From positions 1 to 64,000 of IMG/VR virus record IMGVR_UViG_3300022200_000019: 64,000 nt of DNA; one strand, given 5' to 3'. A program made the position numbers and the translations under genes. Every line of letters starts with the position of its first letter. The stretch's first letter is position 1. Shown piece by piece: positions 55,391-63,495 of the stretch. The notes beneath the pieces were generated by a model, which saw only the letters and a program-made list of their open reading frames with translations, ran no database searches and was not told where the DNA came from.

Positions 55391-55843
55391 ATGTGGTATA
55401 ACAAAGTAACACAAGATCTTTCTCAACTTCCTCAATTTATTGATTATTATAACGATGAATTGCAGGAAGCTAAACGAGAAGTTCGTATCGGCGGTAATGT
55501 AGAACAAAACATTAAGTTATTGCCCGGTGTTACAGAACATCGGTTTAATCAGCTTCAGGAAATTGAAGCAGTATTAAATTATCTCAATATTGAGCTACGC
55601 AAAATCAGACGCCGGCATTTTCAGAAGTATTTAGAAGGTTATGCACGAGCATTAACAAGTCGCGATGCTGAAAAGTATGTTGACGGCGAAGCTGAAGTAA
55701 TTGACATGGAAATGTTAATCAATGAGGTAGCATTATTGCGTAATCGTTGGTTAGGTATCATGAAAGGTCTCGAAACCAAGCAGTGGCAGATGGGACATAT
55801 TGTTAAACTTCGAACAGCTGGAATGGAGGACGTAAGTGTTTAA
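55391..55843 (+). CDS. uvsY: Recombination mediator
   Basis: Y.EGY.RALTSRDAEKYVDGE.EV...NEVALLRN.WLGIMKGL..KQWQ.GHIVKLRTAG. Confidence 0.85.
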   Translation: MWYNKVTQDLSQLPQFIDYYNDELQEAKREVRIGGNVEQNIKLLPGVTEHRFNQLQEIEAVLNYLNIELRKIRRRHFQKYLEGYARALTSRDAEKYVDGEAEVIDMEMLINEVALLRNRWLGIMKGLETKQWQMGHIVKLRTAGMEDVSV

Positions 55844-56591
55844 AAACGATCAAGAAGCACACGAGCATGCACTTGAAACATTAAATCTATTGTGGCAATA
55901 CAGTAGTTTTATGGAAAGCGTTGATACTTTAGCTGACATGGGTTGTGGCAACGGGTTTGATTTAGAATGGTGGGCTAATGCTTATATCTTAGATGATGAT
56001 GATAACGAAATTCCGTTAAACATTAAATGCACTGGTGTCGACTTAAAACCAGATTTGCCAATGGCAAAACAATATAAAAATGTTGTATATGAACGCAGAG
56101 ATTTTGAAACGTACTCGCTAAACAAAGAACAAAAAGGATTTGATGTTATTTGGTGCAATAACGCATTTCAATATGCAATCAATCCATTAGAAACACTTAG
56201 AACATGGTATGATTTAATGACCGACGGTGCTATGTTGTGTATAACAGTACCATCTACAACAGAAATTGAGTTTAATAGGCATAGAATTTCACAACATGAC
56301 TATTCATATTATCATTACACTCCTGTCAGTTTAATGCATATGCTGGCAGTCTCTGGGTTCGATTGTGCATTTATGAAAAAGGACGTTACTGAACCCTGGA
56401 TTAGAGCTGTGGTATACAAATCAGATATTAATCCAATGGATCCAAAAACTACCCGTTGGTATGATTTAGCAGAAACTGGGCTGCTTCCAGAAAGTGCTGT
56501 TAAGTGTATTAATTCTTATGGATATCTTAGACAACAAGATCTTGTACTTGAATGGTTAGACCGTAGTCTTCGCTGGCTTGGTGAAGATTAA
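55836..56591 (+). CDS. Class I SAM-dependent methyltransferase
   Basis: LADMGCGNG motif I; TGVDL; FDVIWC.NAFQY...P. Confidence 0.9.
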   Translation: MFKNDQEAHEHALETLNLLWQYSSFMESVDTLADMGCGNGFDLEWWANAYILDDDDNEIPLNIKCTGVDLKPDLPMAKQYKNVVYERRDFETYSLNKEQKGFDVIWCNNAFQYAINPLETLRTWYDLMTDGAMLCITVPSTTEIEFNRHRISQHDYSYYHYTPVSLMHMLAVSGFDCAFMKKDVTEPWIRAVVYKSDINPMDPKTTRWYDLAETGLLPESAVKCINSYGYLRQQDLVLEWLDRSLRWLGED

Positions 56592-56609
56592 ATCGTAAAC
56601 TACGCATAT

Positions 56610-56617
56610 AATAAATA
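56610..56617 (+). promoter_or_regulatory. Late box AATAAATA, 5 nt before the pseudogene ATG
   Basis: AATAAATA-CTACA-ATG(56623). Confidence 0.6.
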
Positions 56618-56622
56618 CTACA

Positions 56623-56775
56623 ATGAAAATTGTAGTAGTCACCGGGGCGTTAGCCCTATCTACAGAGAACATACCCGCTAGCTACAAGCAGCAAAAGCGT
56701 TAGCGCATACTTAAATGTGAGCGTTAATACTGATGATTGTTTTGTTAGCGAAAGTAAGTGGATTGTACGGTAATC
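56623..56775 (+). pseudogene. Decayed cytidylyltransferase (HIGH-motif, RfaE-C/TagD-like)
   Basis: MKIVVVTG, frameshift, PIYREHTR*LQAAKAL, frameshift, AYLNVSVNTDDCFVS; mirrors the family pattern MKIVxxTGGFDPxHxGHxxYLxAAKxLGDxLxVGVNSDxW. Confidence 0.75.
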
Positions 56776-56803
56776 GCTGCAAAGAAAAAGATAAAGGAAG
56801 ATT

Positions 56804-57487
56804 ATGAAACCAATTCCTATTTTTATTGGGTACGACCCACGAGAAGCAATAGCATATCACACATGCGCTAATTCAATTATTAGACACGCAAGTAAACCAG
56901 TGTCAATTATTCCATTGGCATTGAACTTGTTTGATGATTATAAAGAAACGCACACGGACGGAAGCAATCACTTCATCTACAGTAGATTCCTTGTTCCGCA
57001 TTTAATGGATTATCAAGGATGGGCAATCTTTATGGACGGTGATATGATTGTGCGTGATGACATTGTTAAACTATGGGAATTACGTGAGATGGACAAAGAC
57101 GTAATGGTAGTTAAACATGATTACAAAACACGTATGGAAACAAAGTATCTTGGTGCTAAGAACGAAGACTATCCTCGCAAGAACTGGTCGAGCGTTATTC
57201 TTTGGAATTGTAATAGTCACCCTAATAGGATTTTAAAGCCAAAGTATATTCAAAATTCAACTGGCTCACACTTGCATCGTTTTAGCTGGATTAAAGACGA
57301 GCGGATAGGCGAACTGCCAGCAGAGTGGAATTGGCTTCCGGATGAATATGGAGAGAATCCAGATGCTAAATTGTTGCATTACACATTAGGTACACCAAGT
57401 TTTCACGAATTTGCCAATACACCAATGGGTAGTGAATGGCATCGTGAACGTATTTTAACCGAGTATTGCGAACAGCACGGTTTATGA
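56804..57487 (+). CDS. Glycosyltransferase (GT-A, GT8-like)
   Basis: IFIGYDPRE, FIYSRFLVP, AIFMDGD (DxD), YPRKNWSSV.LWNC, LP.EWNWL, LLHYTLGTP. Confidence 0.88.
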   Translation: MKPIPIFIGYDPREAIAYHTCANSIIRHASKPVSIIPLALNLFDDYKETHTDGSNHFIYSRFLVPHLMDYQGWAIFMDGDMIVRDDIVKLWELREMDKDVMVVKHDYKTRMETKYLGAKNEDYPRKNWSSVILWNCNSHPNRILKPKYIQNSTGSHLHRFSWIKDERIGELPAEWNWLPDEYGENPDAKLLHYTLGTPSFHEFANTPMGSEWHRERILTEYCEQHGL

Positions 57488-57981
57488 TCTTAAAAATTGA
57501 GTTTGGCTGCGGAGAAACTCCGCACAAAGAAGACTTTAAAACTTGCGATATACGAAATTTGCCAGGAATTGATTTTGTTTGCGCTGCATGGGATATTAAC
57601 AAGTATGTTCCTCCAAATTCAGTAAGTGAGATATATTCGAGACATTTCTTTGAACATTTAACGTTTACTCAAGGCCAAACAGTATTAGATGCCTGGTACG
57701 AAATCTTAATGTCAGGTGGCACAATCGAAATGAGCGTGCCTAACATGTTATATCACCTACATCAATGGATAGATTCTCGCAACGATCCTAAAAAGTTTGC
57801 TCATGCTCTTGCTGGGATATGGGGTTGGCAGCGCGGTGAATTCAACGACGTGTGGGATGTACACAAAAGTGGGTATGATGAACAATCTCTATACGAGTTA
57901 TTGAAAAATCATAAGTTTCAAAATATTGAAATCTGGACTTCAAAAAAATCTAAACATTTACATTGTAAATGTTCAAAATAA
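57484..57981 (+). CDS. SAM-dependent methyltransferase (type 11-like)
   Basis: Start refined to ATG 57484; KIEFGCG, CDIR, SEIYSRHFFEHL, L..GG.IE.SVP. Confidence 0.85.
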   Translation: MILKIEFGCGETPHKEDFKTCDIRNLPGIDFVCAAWDINKYVPPNSVSEIYSRHFFEHLTFTQGQTVLDAWYEILMSGGTIEMSVPNMLYHLHQWIDSRNDPKKFAHALAGIWGWQRGEFNDVWDVHKSGYDEQSLYELLKNHKFQNIEIWTSKKSKHLHCKCSK

Positions 57982-57996
57982 TAAAAAGAAAATACA

Positions 57997-59112
57997 ATGT
58001 CTAATCTTAGATTTCAAGCAATTGATGGTGTTTTCAGGTCGCATGTTCCCTTGCCAGATATGGAGTGTGTTGAATTTGTAACCAATGAAAGATCATTGTC
58101 GGGACCAATACCTGATGTGTATTTGCAATACAACATCGGAGAGTCTAAATTTGCAAAACGCTTCCGTAATATTTACAGTAGAATATATCATAGCGGCAAG
58201 CCCTGGATAGTAGTTGAAGAGGCTGCATTTAGAAAAGGCACAAATTCAAAACTGCCGTATTACCGATGGAGTTGGTTTTCATACTATAATGATTCTGGTA
58301 TACATTATATGCCGGATAGCCCTGGCGATAGATGGGATCAAATCCAACAAGAAAACGGAATTGAGATTTTTCCCTGGGAGTCACGAGGAGATAATATACT
58401 GTTTATGATGCAGCGTCCTATGGATACTAGTCTGGCTCCAATGGAGCAGAAATACGGCACCTACGCCAAATTTGTCGAACACAGTTTACATAAAATACGA
58501 GCTAATACCGACAGACCTATACGTATTAGGATGCATCCGTTGCGATGGGTTCAACAGATGGCATTCTTGCAACCGATTTTAGATCAAATTAAAGATTGTA
58601 CCATTAGTGAGCATAGTATACGCATTGATGCCGACGGTGTAGCTAGTGGTGGTAATAGTTTGTATAAAGATTTTGATTCTGCTTGGGCTGTAGTAGGGGC
58701 TAATTCAAATAGTCTGACAGAAAGTGTATGTTATGGCATACCAACATGGACGTTAGATTCTAGTGCTATGGCCTGGCCAGTAGCGAATAAACATCTGCAT
58801 CTCATTGAATCTCCAAACTTTCCATGTCGGCAACAATGGTTAAACAATATGGGGTATACCCAATGGCGTGTAGATGAAATTAAACATGGCGATCCATTAG
58901 TGCATTTGATGCAATGGTATCCAAAAGTTGTTGAATTGCGCAAACAAAGAGTTGATTGGTTGATCATACAAGAAAAATTAAGATTTTACCATGACGCCTT
59001 AAATATGTTTTTGAACGATAATCATCCTTGGCCTATTAAGAAGGATTTTAAGGCACATATCGATACTGTTACTCGACGAATGTTAAAAAAATCTAATAAG
59101 AATAAACCATGA
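57997..59112 (+). CDS. KpsS/Capsule_synth-like GT-B protein (paralogue 1)
   Basis: TDRPIRIRMHP; AWAVVGANSNSLTESVCYGIP; QWL..MGYTQW..DEI. Confidence 0.6.
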   Translation: MSNLRFQAIDGVFRSHVPLPDMECVEFVTNERSLSGPIPDVYLQYNIGESKFAKRFRNIYSRIYHSGKPWIVVEEAAFRKGTNSKLPYYRWSWFSYYNDSGIHYMPDSPGDRWDQIQQENGIEIFPWESRGDNILFMMQRPMDTSLAPMEQKYGTYAKFVEHSLHKIRANTDRPIRIRMHPLRWVQQMAFLQPILDQIKDCTISEHSIRIDADGVASGGNSLYKDFDSAWAVVGANSNSLTESVCYGIPTWTLDSSAMAWPVANKHLHLIESPNFPCRQQWLNNMGYTQWRVDEIKHGDPLVHLMQWYPKVVELRKQRVDWLIIQEKLRFYHDALNMFLNDNHPWPIKKDFKAHIDTVTRRMLKKSNKNKP

Positions 59113-60524
59113 TATCAAACTTATCAAAAAATATAAAGCATCTTTGGCTAATTGAAATTGACGGCACCATATTAAAATATAATAGTTTATTACGCACCAA
59201 TGATAAGTTATTGCCAGGAGTCAAAGAGTTCTGGCAGAGCATTCCGTCAAACGATATTATTTTTTTACTCAGTACTAGACATGAGCAGTATCGAGATGAA
59301 ACATTGAATTTTTTATCTGAGCAAGGTCTGCGGTTTGATCATGCTATTTTTGGCCTTCCGCCGGGAGAGCGCATTTTAATCAGTAATATAAAGCCAAATG
59401 CTTTATTTAAAAATGCGTTAGCATTTGATGTTCTACGTAACGCAGGGTTCGATGACAACACGTTTGAATCTAATACTACGATAATAAGCCAAAAAGATCT
59501 TAAAAAATTAGCTAAAAAAGAAGCGCAAATTCAGAAAATGGAAGCATTGGCAGAACGTATTGAAAATGCTGAACAAAACATTGATATCGAAGACTTAAAT
59601 TATTCTAAAGAACATCGTAATTTGTTTAGTCATATTGTAGACTTTGTGAAAAATCCTAAAGACGTTGATGATTTAGAACTTATTATTAACAAATTAGAAA
59701 GTATGCATTCTGATATACAGTTAGTAGGATTAAGTGAACCAGAAGATGTAACAGCAAACGCAAGACGTAAAGGAATAACAGTGGACCCAATTGTAGAAAA
59801 TTTTGTACTAGGCGCCGCCGGGCGTATTGGCACATGGGATGGCGATGCTGACAACATTAATAATCCTATCGCATTGCGTAGTATTGCTAAACGCAAGCAA
59901 ATGAAGGCTTGTTTAGAAACCGGAAGAGATTTTTATTATATTGACACCGGTTATTTTGGTAATGGTAAAAGTAAAAAATATCATAGAGTTACACGTAATG
60001 CAATGCAGTGGTTAGGCGAAATTGAAGATCGCCCTAGCGATCGCTGGGAGGAAACTGGCGAAAAGTTAAAAAAACATACTCCAGGTAGTAAAATTTTACT
60101 CTGCCCGCCTAGCCAAAAAGCGTTAAAATACTGGGATATTGATCTCAGTGAATGGTTAGAAGAAACAATTAATAATATTAGAAACAACACTGATAGAGAA
60201 ATAATAATTAGAACTAAGCCAACCAGAACCGAGCGTATTACTACTAATACTATGGAACAGGCGCTTGCTGACGATGTACATTGTATGGTAACATTTAATA
60301 GCATCGCAGCCGTTGAGAGTTTAATGAATGGTAAACCAGTGTTTACAATGGGCCCTAATGCTGCGCATCATCTAAGTAACCAAGATTTATCTAATATCGA
60401 AAATCCTTTTATGCCTGATCAAGACCAAGTCTATAATCTGGTAAAATGCTTGGCATACCATCAATTTACTGTGCCTGAATTACGCAATGGGTTTGCTTGG
60501 GCAATGTTAAATGGAAAGGCATAA
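59109..60524 (+). CDS. Fusion: degenerate HAD-like domain + KpsS/Capsule_synth-like domain (paralogue 2)
   Basis: N-terminal LIEIDGTIL...LLPGVKEF...LSTR...RFDHAIFGLPPGERILI; C-terminal TDREIIIRTKP, CMVTFNSIAAVESLMNGKP, LAYHQFT..EL..G.AW. Confidence 0.6.
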   Translation: MISNLSKNIKHLWLIEIDGTILKYNSLLRTNDKLLPGVKEFWQSIPSNDIIFLLSTRHEQYRDETLNFLSEQGLRFDHAIFGLPPGERILISNIKPNALFKNALAFDVLRNAGFDDNTFESNTTIISQKDLKKLAKKEAQIQKMEALAERIENAEQNIDIEDLNYSKEHRNLFSHIVDFVKNPKDVDDLELIINKLESMHSDIQLVGLSEPEDVTANARRKGITVDPIVENFVLGAAGRIGTWDGDADNINNPIALRSIAKRKQMKACLETGRDFYYIDTGYFGNGKSKKYHRVTRNAMQWLGEIEDRPSDRWEETGEKLKKHTPGSKILLCPPSQKALKYWDIDLSEWLEETINNIRNNTDREIIIRTKPTRTERITTNTMEQALADDVHCMVTFNSIAAVESLMNGKPVFTMGPNAAHHLSNQDLSNIENPFMPDQDQVYNLVKCLAYHQFTVPELRNGFAWAMLNGKA

Positions 60525-61472
60525 ATGAACACAGTTGCAGTATATGTAAGCGGCGTTCCTGCTAAAACGAAACATACCGAAAAGCGAGAGCTATTGCATC
60601 GTTTTGGCCGAGGTGTTAAACGAGCTGGGGATAAATTAAAAATCGTTGACGGATTTCAGGTGTTAGATGCTGACATAGCGGTAATTCAGGGCTGGATCGG
60701 TATGAAAATTGGCGCACACTTAAAATTGCGTGAAACAGTAATTAATTATCAACGACAACGCGGTAAGCACACACTTGTTATTGATAGAAATTTATTTGGA
60801 TTTTTAAATCCAAATAACAGAGATCAATACTTGTGTTATAGTTTAGATGGCATTTTTCCAACAACTGGTTTTTATTTTAATACTCGTATTGACAAGCAAC
60901 GGTGGGAATCTATTAAACGTAATTACGGATTTACAGAACGTCCTTGGAAACAAGGAGATAATATTTTAATTACATTACAACGTAATCATGGGTGGAGTAT
61001 GGGACAGCAGCTTAGTGTTCAAGATTGGTTAAACAAAATTGTTCCCGAAATACGTCAATACACAGATCGACCAATTGTTATACGACCACATCCTGGCGAT
61101 GAGAAAACAATAAGAACACTTCGAATAACTGACAGGAATTGGAGATTTAGTAGCGAAGCGGATATCCGAGGAGATTTTGAGAATGCCTGGGCAACAGTAA
61201 CATATAACTCAAGCCCAGGAGCCGCTAGTTTAATTTGGGGTGTTCCAGCTTTTGTAACAGATCCTGAACCAGAAAGAAGTCAATCTTATCCATGGGCAAG
61301 TGCTGATTTGTCAACCATTGCGCAACCTTATATGCCAGACCGCAGACAATTTTATAATATAATTAGCCAGAGTCATTTTAATAACAACGAAATCGAATCA
61401 GGAGAAGCGTGGGCATTTATGAGGGAGAGATTAGCCGATGCTCCTAAAACACCAATCACTCCAATTCGTTAA
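60525..61472 (+). CDS. KpsS/Capsule_synth-like GT-B protein (paralogue 3)
   Basis: TDRPIVIRPHP; AWATVTYNSSPGAASLIWGVP; SQSHF...EI.SG.AW. Confidence 0.6.
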   Translation: MNTVAVYVSGVPAKTKHTEKRELLHRFGRGVKRAGDKLKIVDGFQVLDADIAVIQGWIGMKIGAHLKLRETVINYQRQRGKHTLVIDRNLFGFLNPNNRDQYLCYSLDGIFPTTGFYFNTRIDKQRWESIKRNYGFTERPWKQGDNILITLQRNHGWSMGQQLSVQDWLNKIVPEIRQYTDRPIVIRPHPGDEKTIRTLRITDRNWRFSSEADIRGDFENAWATVTYNSSPGAASLIWGVPAFVTDPEPERSQSYPWASADLSTIAQPYMPDRRQFYNIISQSHFNNNEIESGEAWAFMRERLADAPKTPITPIR

Positions 61473-61475
61473 CTA

Positions 61476-62042
61476 TTAAATATATTTGGTGTTAACAAAA
61501 CATAGCCCGCTATTAAGTACCCAGGCTTTTTTCTTTTTCTTTAAATTCATAGTAGTTGCCTGTTTAACCTGGGCTGTTAGATCACTGTTAAATTCTAACC
61601 CATAATCACTGAAAGTTTTAATCCAATATTCTGCTGGTTTTAGATTAACGTGATGATATCCGTTTGGGTCTTGGCTATACGTCATTGTAACATATTTTGC
61701 TTGTTGAAATGCTGGCATGTACATGGGAACATATTCTTCATGTACATGCTCTACAAATTCGCAACTCCATGCTAAATCAAATTCTTCGTTAATTGGTGCT
61801 GGGCCTGAGGTAAAATCATGTAAGATAAATGACTCCGCAGGCGAACGGTTGATAGTGAAATCACCATCGACTCCAATAGCGTATAAATCCATTTCTTGAG
61901 CCAAATTTACCATTCCGCCTGGACCACAGCCGATGTCCAACATTGATTTAATGTTAAACGTAGATTTAAAAAATTCTAATGTACCAACATCTAAATGTGT
62001 TTTATTTTGATGCCCACCTAAATGTTTAGGAAGTTCTTTCAT
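61476..62042 (-). CDS. Class I SAM-dependent methyltransferase
   Basis: MLDIGCGPG, GVDGD, FDLAWSCEFVEHV, GYHHVN. Confidence 0.9.
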   Translation of the reverse strand: MKELPKHLGGHQNKTHLDVGTLEFFKSTFNIKSMLDIGCGPGGMVNLAQEMDLYAIGVDGDFTINRSPAESFILHDFTSGPAPINEEFDLAWSCEFVEHVHEEYVPMYMPAFQQAKYVTMTYSQDPNGYHHVNLKPAEYWIKTFSDYGLEFNSDLTAQVKQATTMNLKKKKKAWVLNSGLCFVNTKYI

Positions 62043-62664
62043 TACAATACTTTATCCATTGGTCTTTAGTGATATCAAGATACCAAGCACGCAGTGGTTT
62101 TCCAACCTTCTCACCATTGGGTCGTTGATTTGAAAACCACGCAAATCCTTTCTCAAGTAACCATGATGTCGCCCACCGATCTCGTTTTGCAGTCCAGTTC
62201 ATTTTCATAAACACTCGATTAGTGTAATTAAAGATATCGTTTAAGAAATATTCCCAATCGCCTGCGTCTTTGTCAAATGCTCGGTCAAATTCGGTGCGAG
62301 TGGCAAAAATAATGTCATAGTGTTTTGGTAGATTCATCGGAGTTTGTGGATGAATCCATAATTCGTATCGATTAACACCTAATAAATCACAACATTCTTT
62401 AAATAATCCGTCTTGTACATCAGTACAATCGCATTCGATTCCTCGTTCACGCAAAATAGCAGCAAGGACGCCAATTCCTGCTCCTATATCTAGCGCAGTT
62501 TTAACATTATCAATTCCGCCGTTTCTACTGTTAGCATAGTCAACAACATGTTGTTTTTCTTCATAATACCAATCCCATTTACGTCCGTATTTTGCTCCTG
62601 ACTGATATTTGTCAACTTCAAAACATCTTTTGATAACCGCTTGTTTATAATCGTCAAGTGTCAT
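62026..62664 (-). CDS. Class I SAM-dependent methyltransferase
   Basis: ALDIGAGIG, CTDV, YDIIFA. Confidence 0.8.
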   Translation of the reverse strand: MTLDDYKQAVIKRCFEVDKYQSGAKYGRKWDWYYEEKQHVVDYANSRNGGIDNVKTALDIGAGIGVLAAILRERGIECDCTDVQDGLFKECCDLLGVNRYELWIHPQTPMNLPKHYDIIFATRTEFDRAFDKDAGDWEYFLNDIFNYTNRVFMKMNWTAKRDRWATSWLLEKGFAWFSNQRPNGEKVGKPLRAWYLDITKDQWIKYCNERTS

Positions 62665-62671
62665 GATGACT

Positions 62672-62679
62672 TATTTATT
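62672..62679 (-). promoter_or_regulatory. Late box AATAAATA, 7 nt before the 62664 ATG
   Basis: AATAAATA-AGTCATC-ATG on the minus strand, no SD. Confidence 0.45.
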
Positions 62680-63481
62680 GCCAATAAGGTTCTGCTCGGT
62701 TGACCTTGAGATCTTTTGCCTTGCTACGACCAAGTTCTTTGCGTTTACCTTTTAAATGATCCAGATACGCACCCCACTCGGTATTAATGAGTGGATGCCC
62801 TTCACCACCGTCTAAATGTGCTGACCAATCCTGGTTGTGCATTTCAGGCATACGTCCTCGAACAATATCAAAAACATAACTATCATGCCACTCTTTAAGT
62901 GTAAAGATACCGTTTTCTGCATCTTCGTACATATGTTCAAAGTTTTCTAAAAACTTACTAGCATTTGCATGTTCTAAATTTATTGCGTATAAACCGCATT
63001 CGGTATACTTTTTGCCACGACCTAAATAACTCATATCATATTGTTCAGGAATCAAGCGTTTGATCGTCTGCATTGAAATTGGACTGTGGCAATAGTTATC
63101 GCCGTCCATCCATACAAGAATTCCATCCTTCACTTCTTCAGCACACGCAAAAATGGCATATACCTTGTGAGCAAATCTAATGGCATCCCATTTAAATGCT
63201 TTTTTGCCATCTTTGCGGTCTGTTCTTGAAGGATCGGTATCATTATGCCCAGTAGCACGAGGATCATTCTTCCAGCGTTCTTTAAACGCCACAAGTTTTG
63301 GACTTGCTGTATTTAAATTTCTAACAATCAAATTGGGTGCGCTTTCTGCAACATCAAAGCCTTCTGCGTACACATAGAGTGCAATTTCAGATGGCCAATT
63401 TTGGAGAAATGATTGAACCATACGCTTTCCATATAAGTCATATCCGTTTTTGTTAAATGTAGTAACTACTGTATATTGCAT
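62675..63481 (-). CDS. Glycosyltransferase-like protein (GT-A, DxD)
   Basis: VVTTF...GY..YG.RMV.SF, KWDAIRFAHKVYAI, LVWMDGD, ECG.YAIN, EWHDSYVFD..R, DHLKG.RK. Confidence 0.75.
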   Translation of the reverse strand: MQYTVVTTFNKNGYDLYGKRMVQSFLQNWPSEIALYVYAEGFDVAESAPNLIVRNLNTASPKLVAFKERWKNDPRATGHNDTDPSRTDRKDGKKAFKWDAIRFAHKVYAIFACAEEVKDGILVWMDGDNYCHSPISMQTIKRLIPEQYDMSYLGRGKKYTECGLYAINLEHANASKFLENFEHMYEDAENGIFTLKEWHDSYVFDIVRGRMPEMHNQDWSAHLDGGEGHPLINTEWGAYLDHLKGKRKELGRSKAKDLKVNRAEPYWQ

Positions 63482-63487
63482 AATTAA

Positions 63488-63495
63488 TATTTATA
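63488..63495 (-). promoter_or_regulatory. Perfect TATAAATA late box, 6 nt before the 63481 ATG
   Basis: TATAAATA-TTAATT-ATG on the minus strand, no SD. Confidence 0.7.

Noticed and set aside
55836-62664. Methyltransferases as DNA methyltransferases of a restriction-evasion system
   Set aside because: No DPPY/NPPY or PC catalytic motifs seen; they resemble small-molecule/sugar class I methyltransferases and sit among glycosyltransferases
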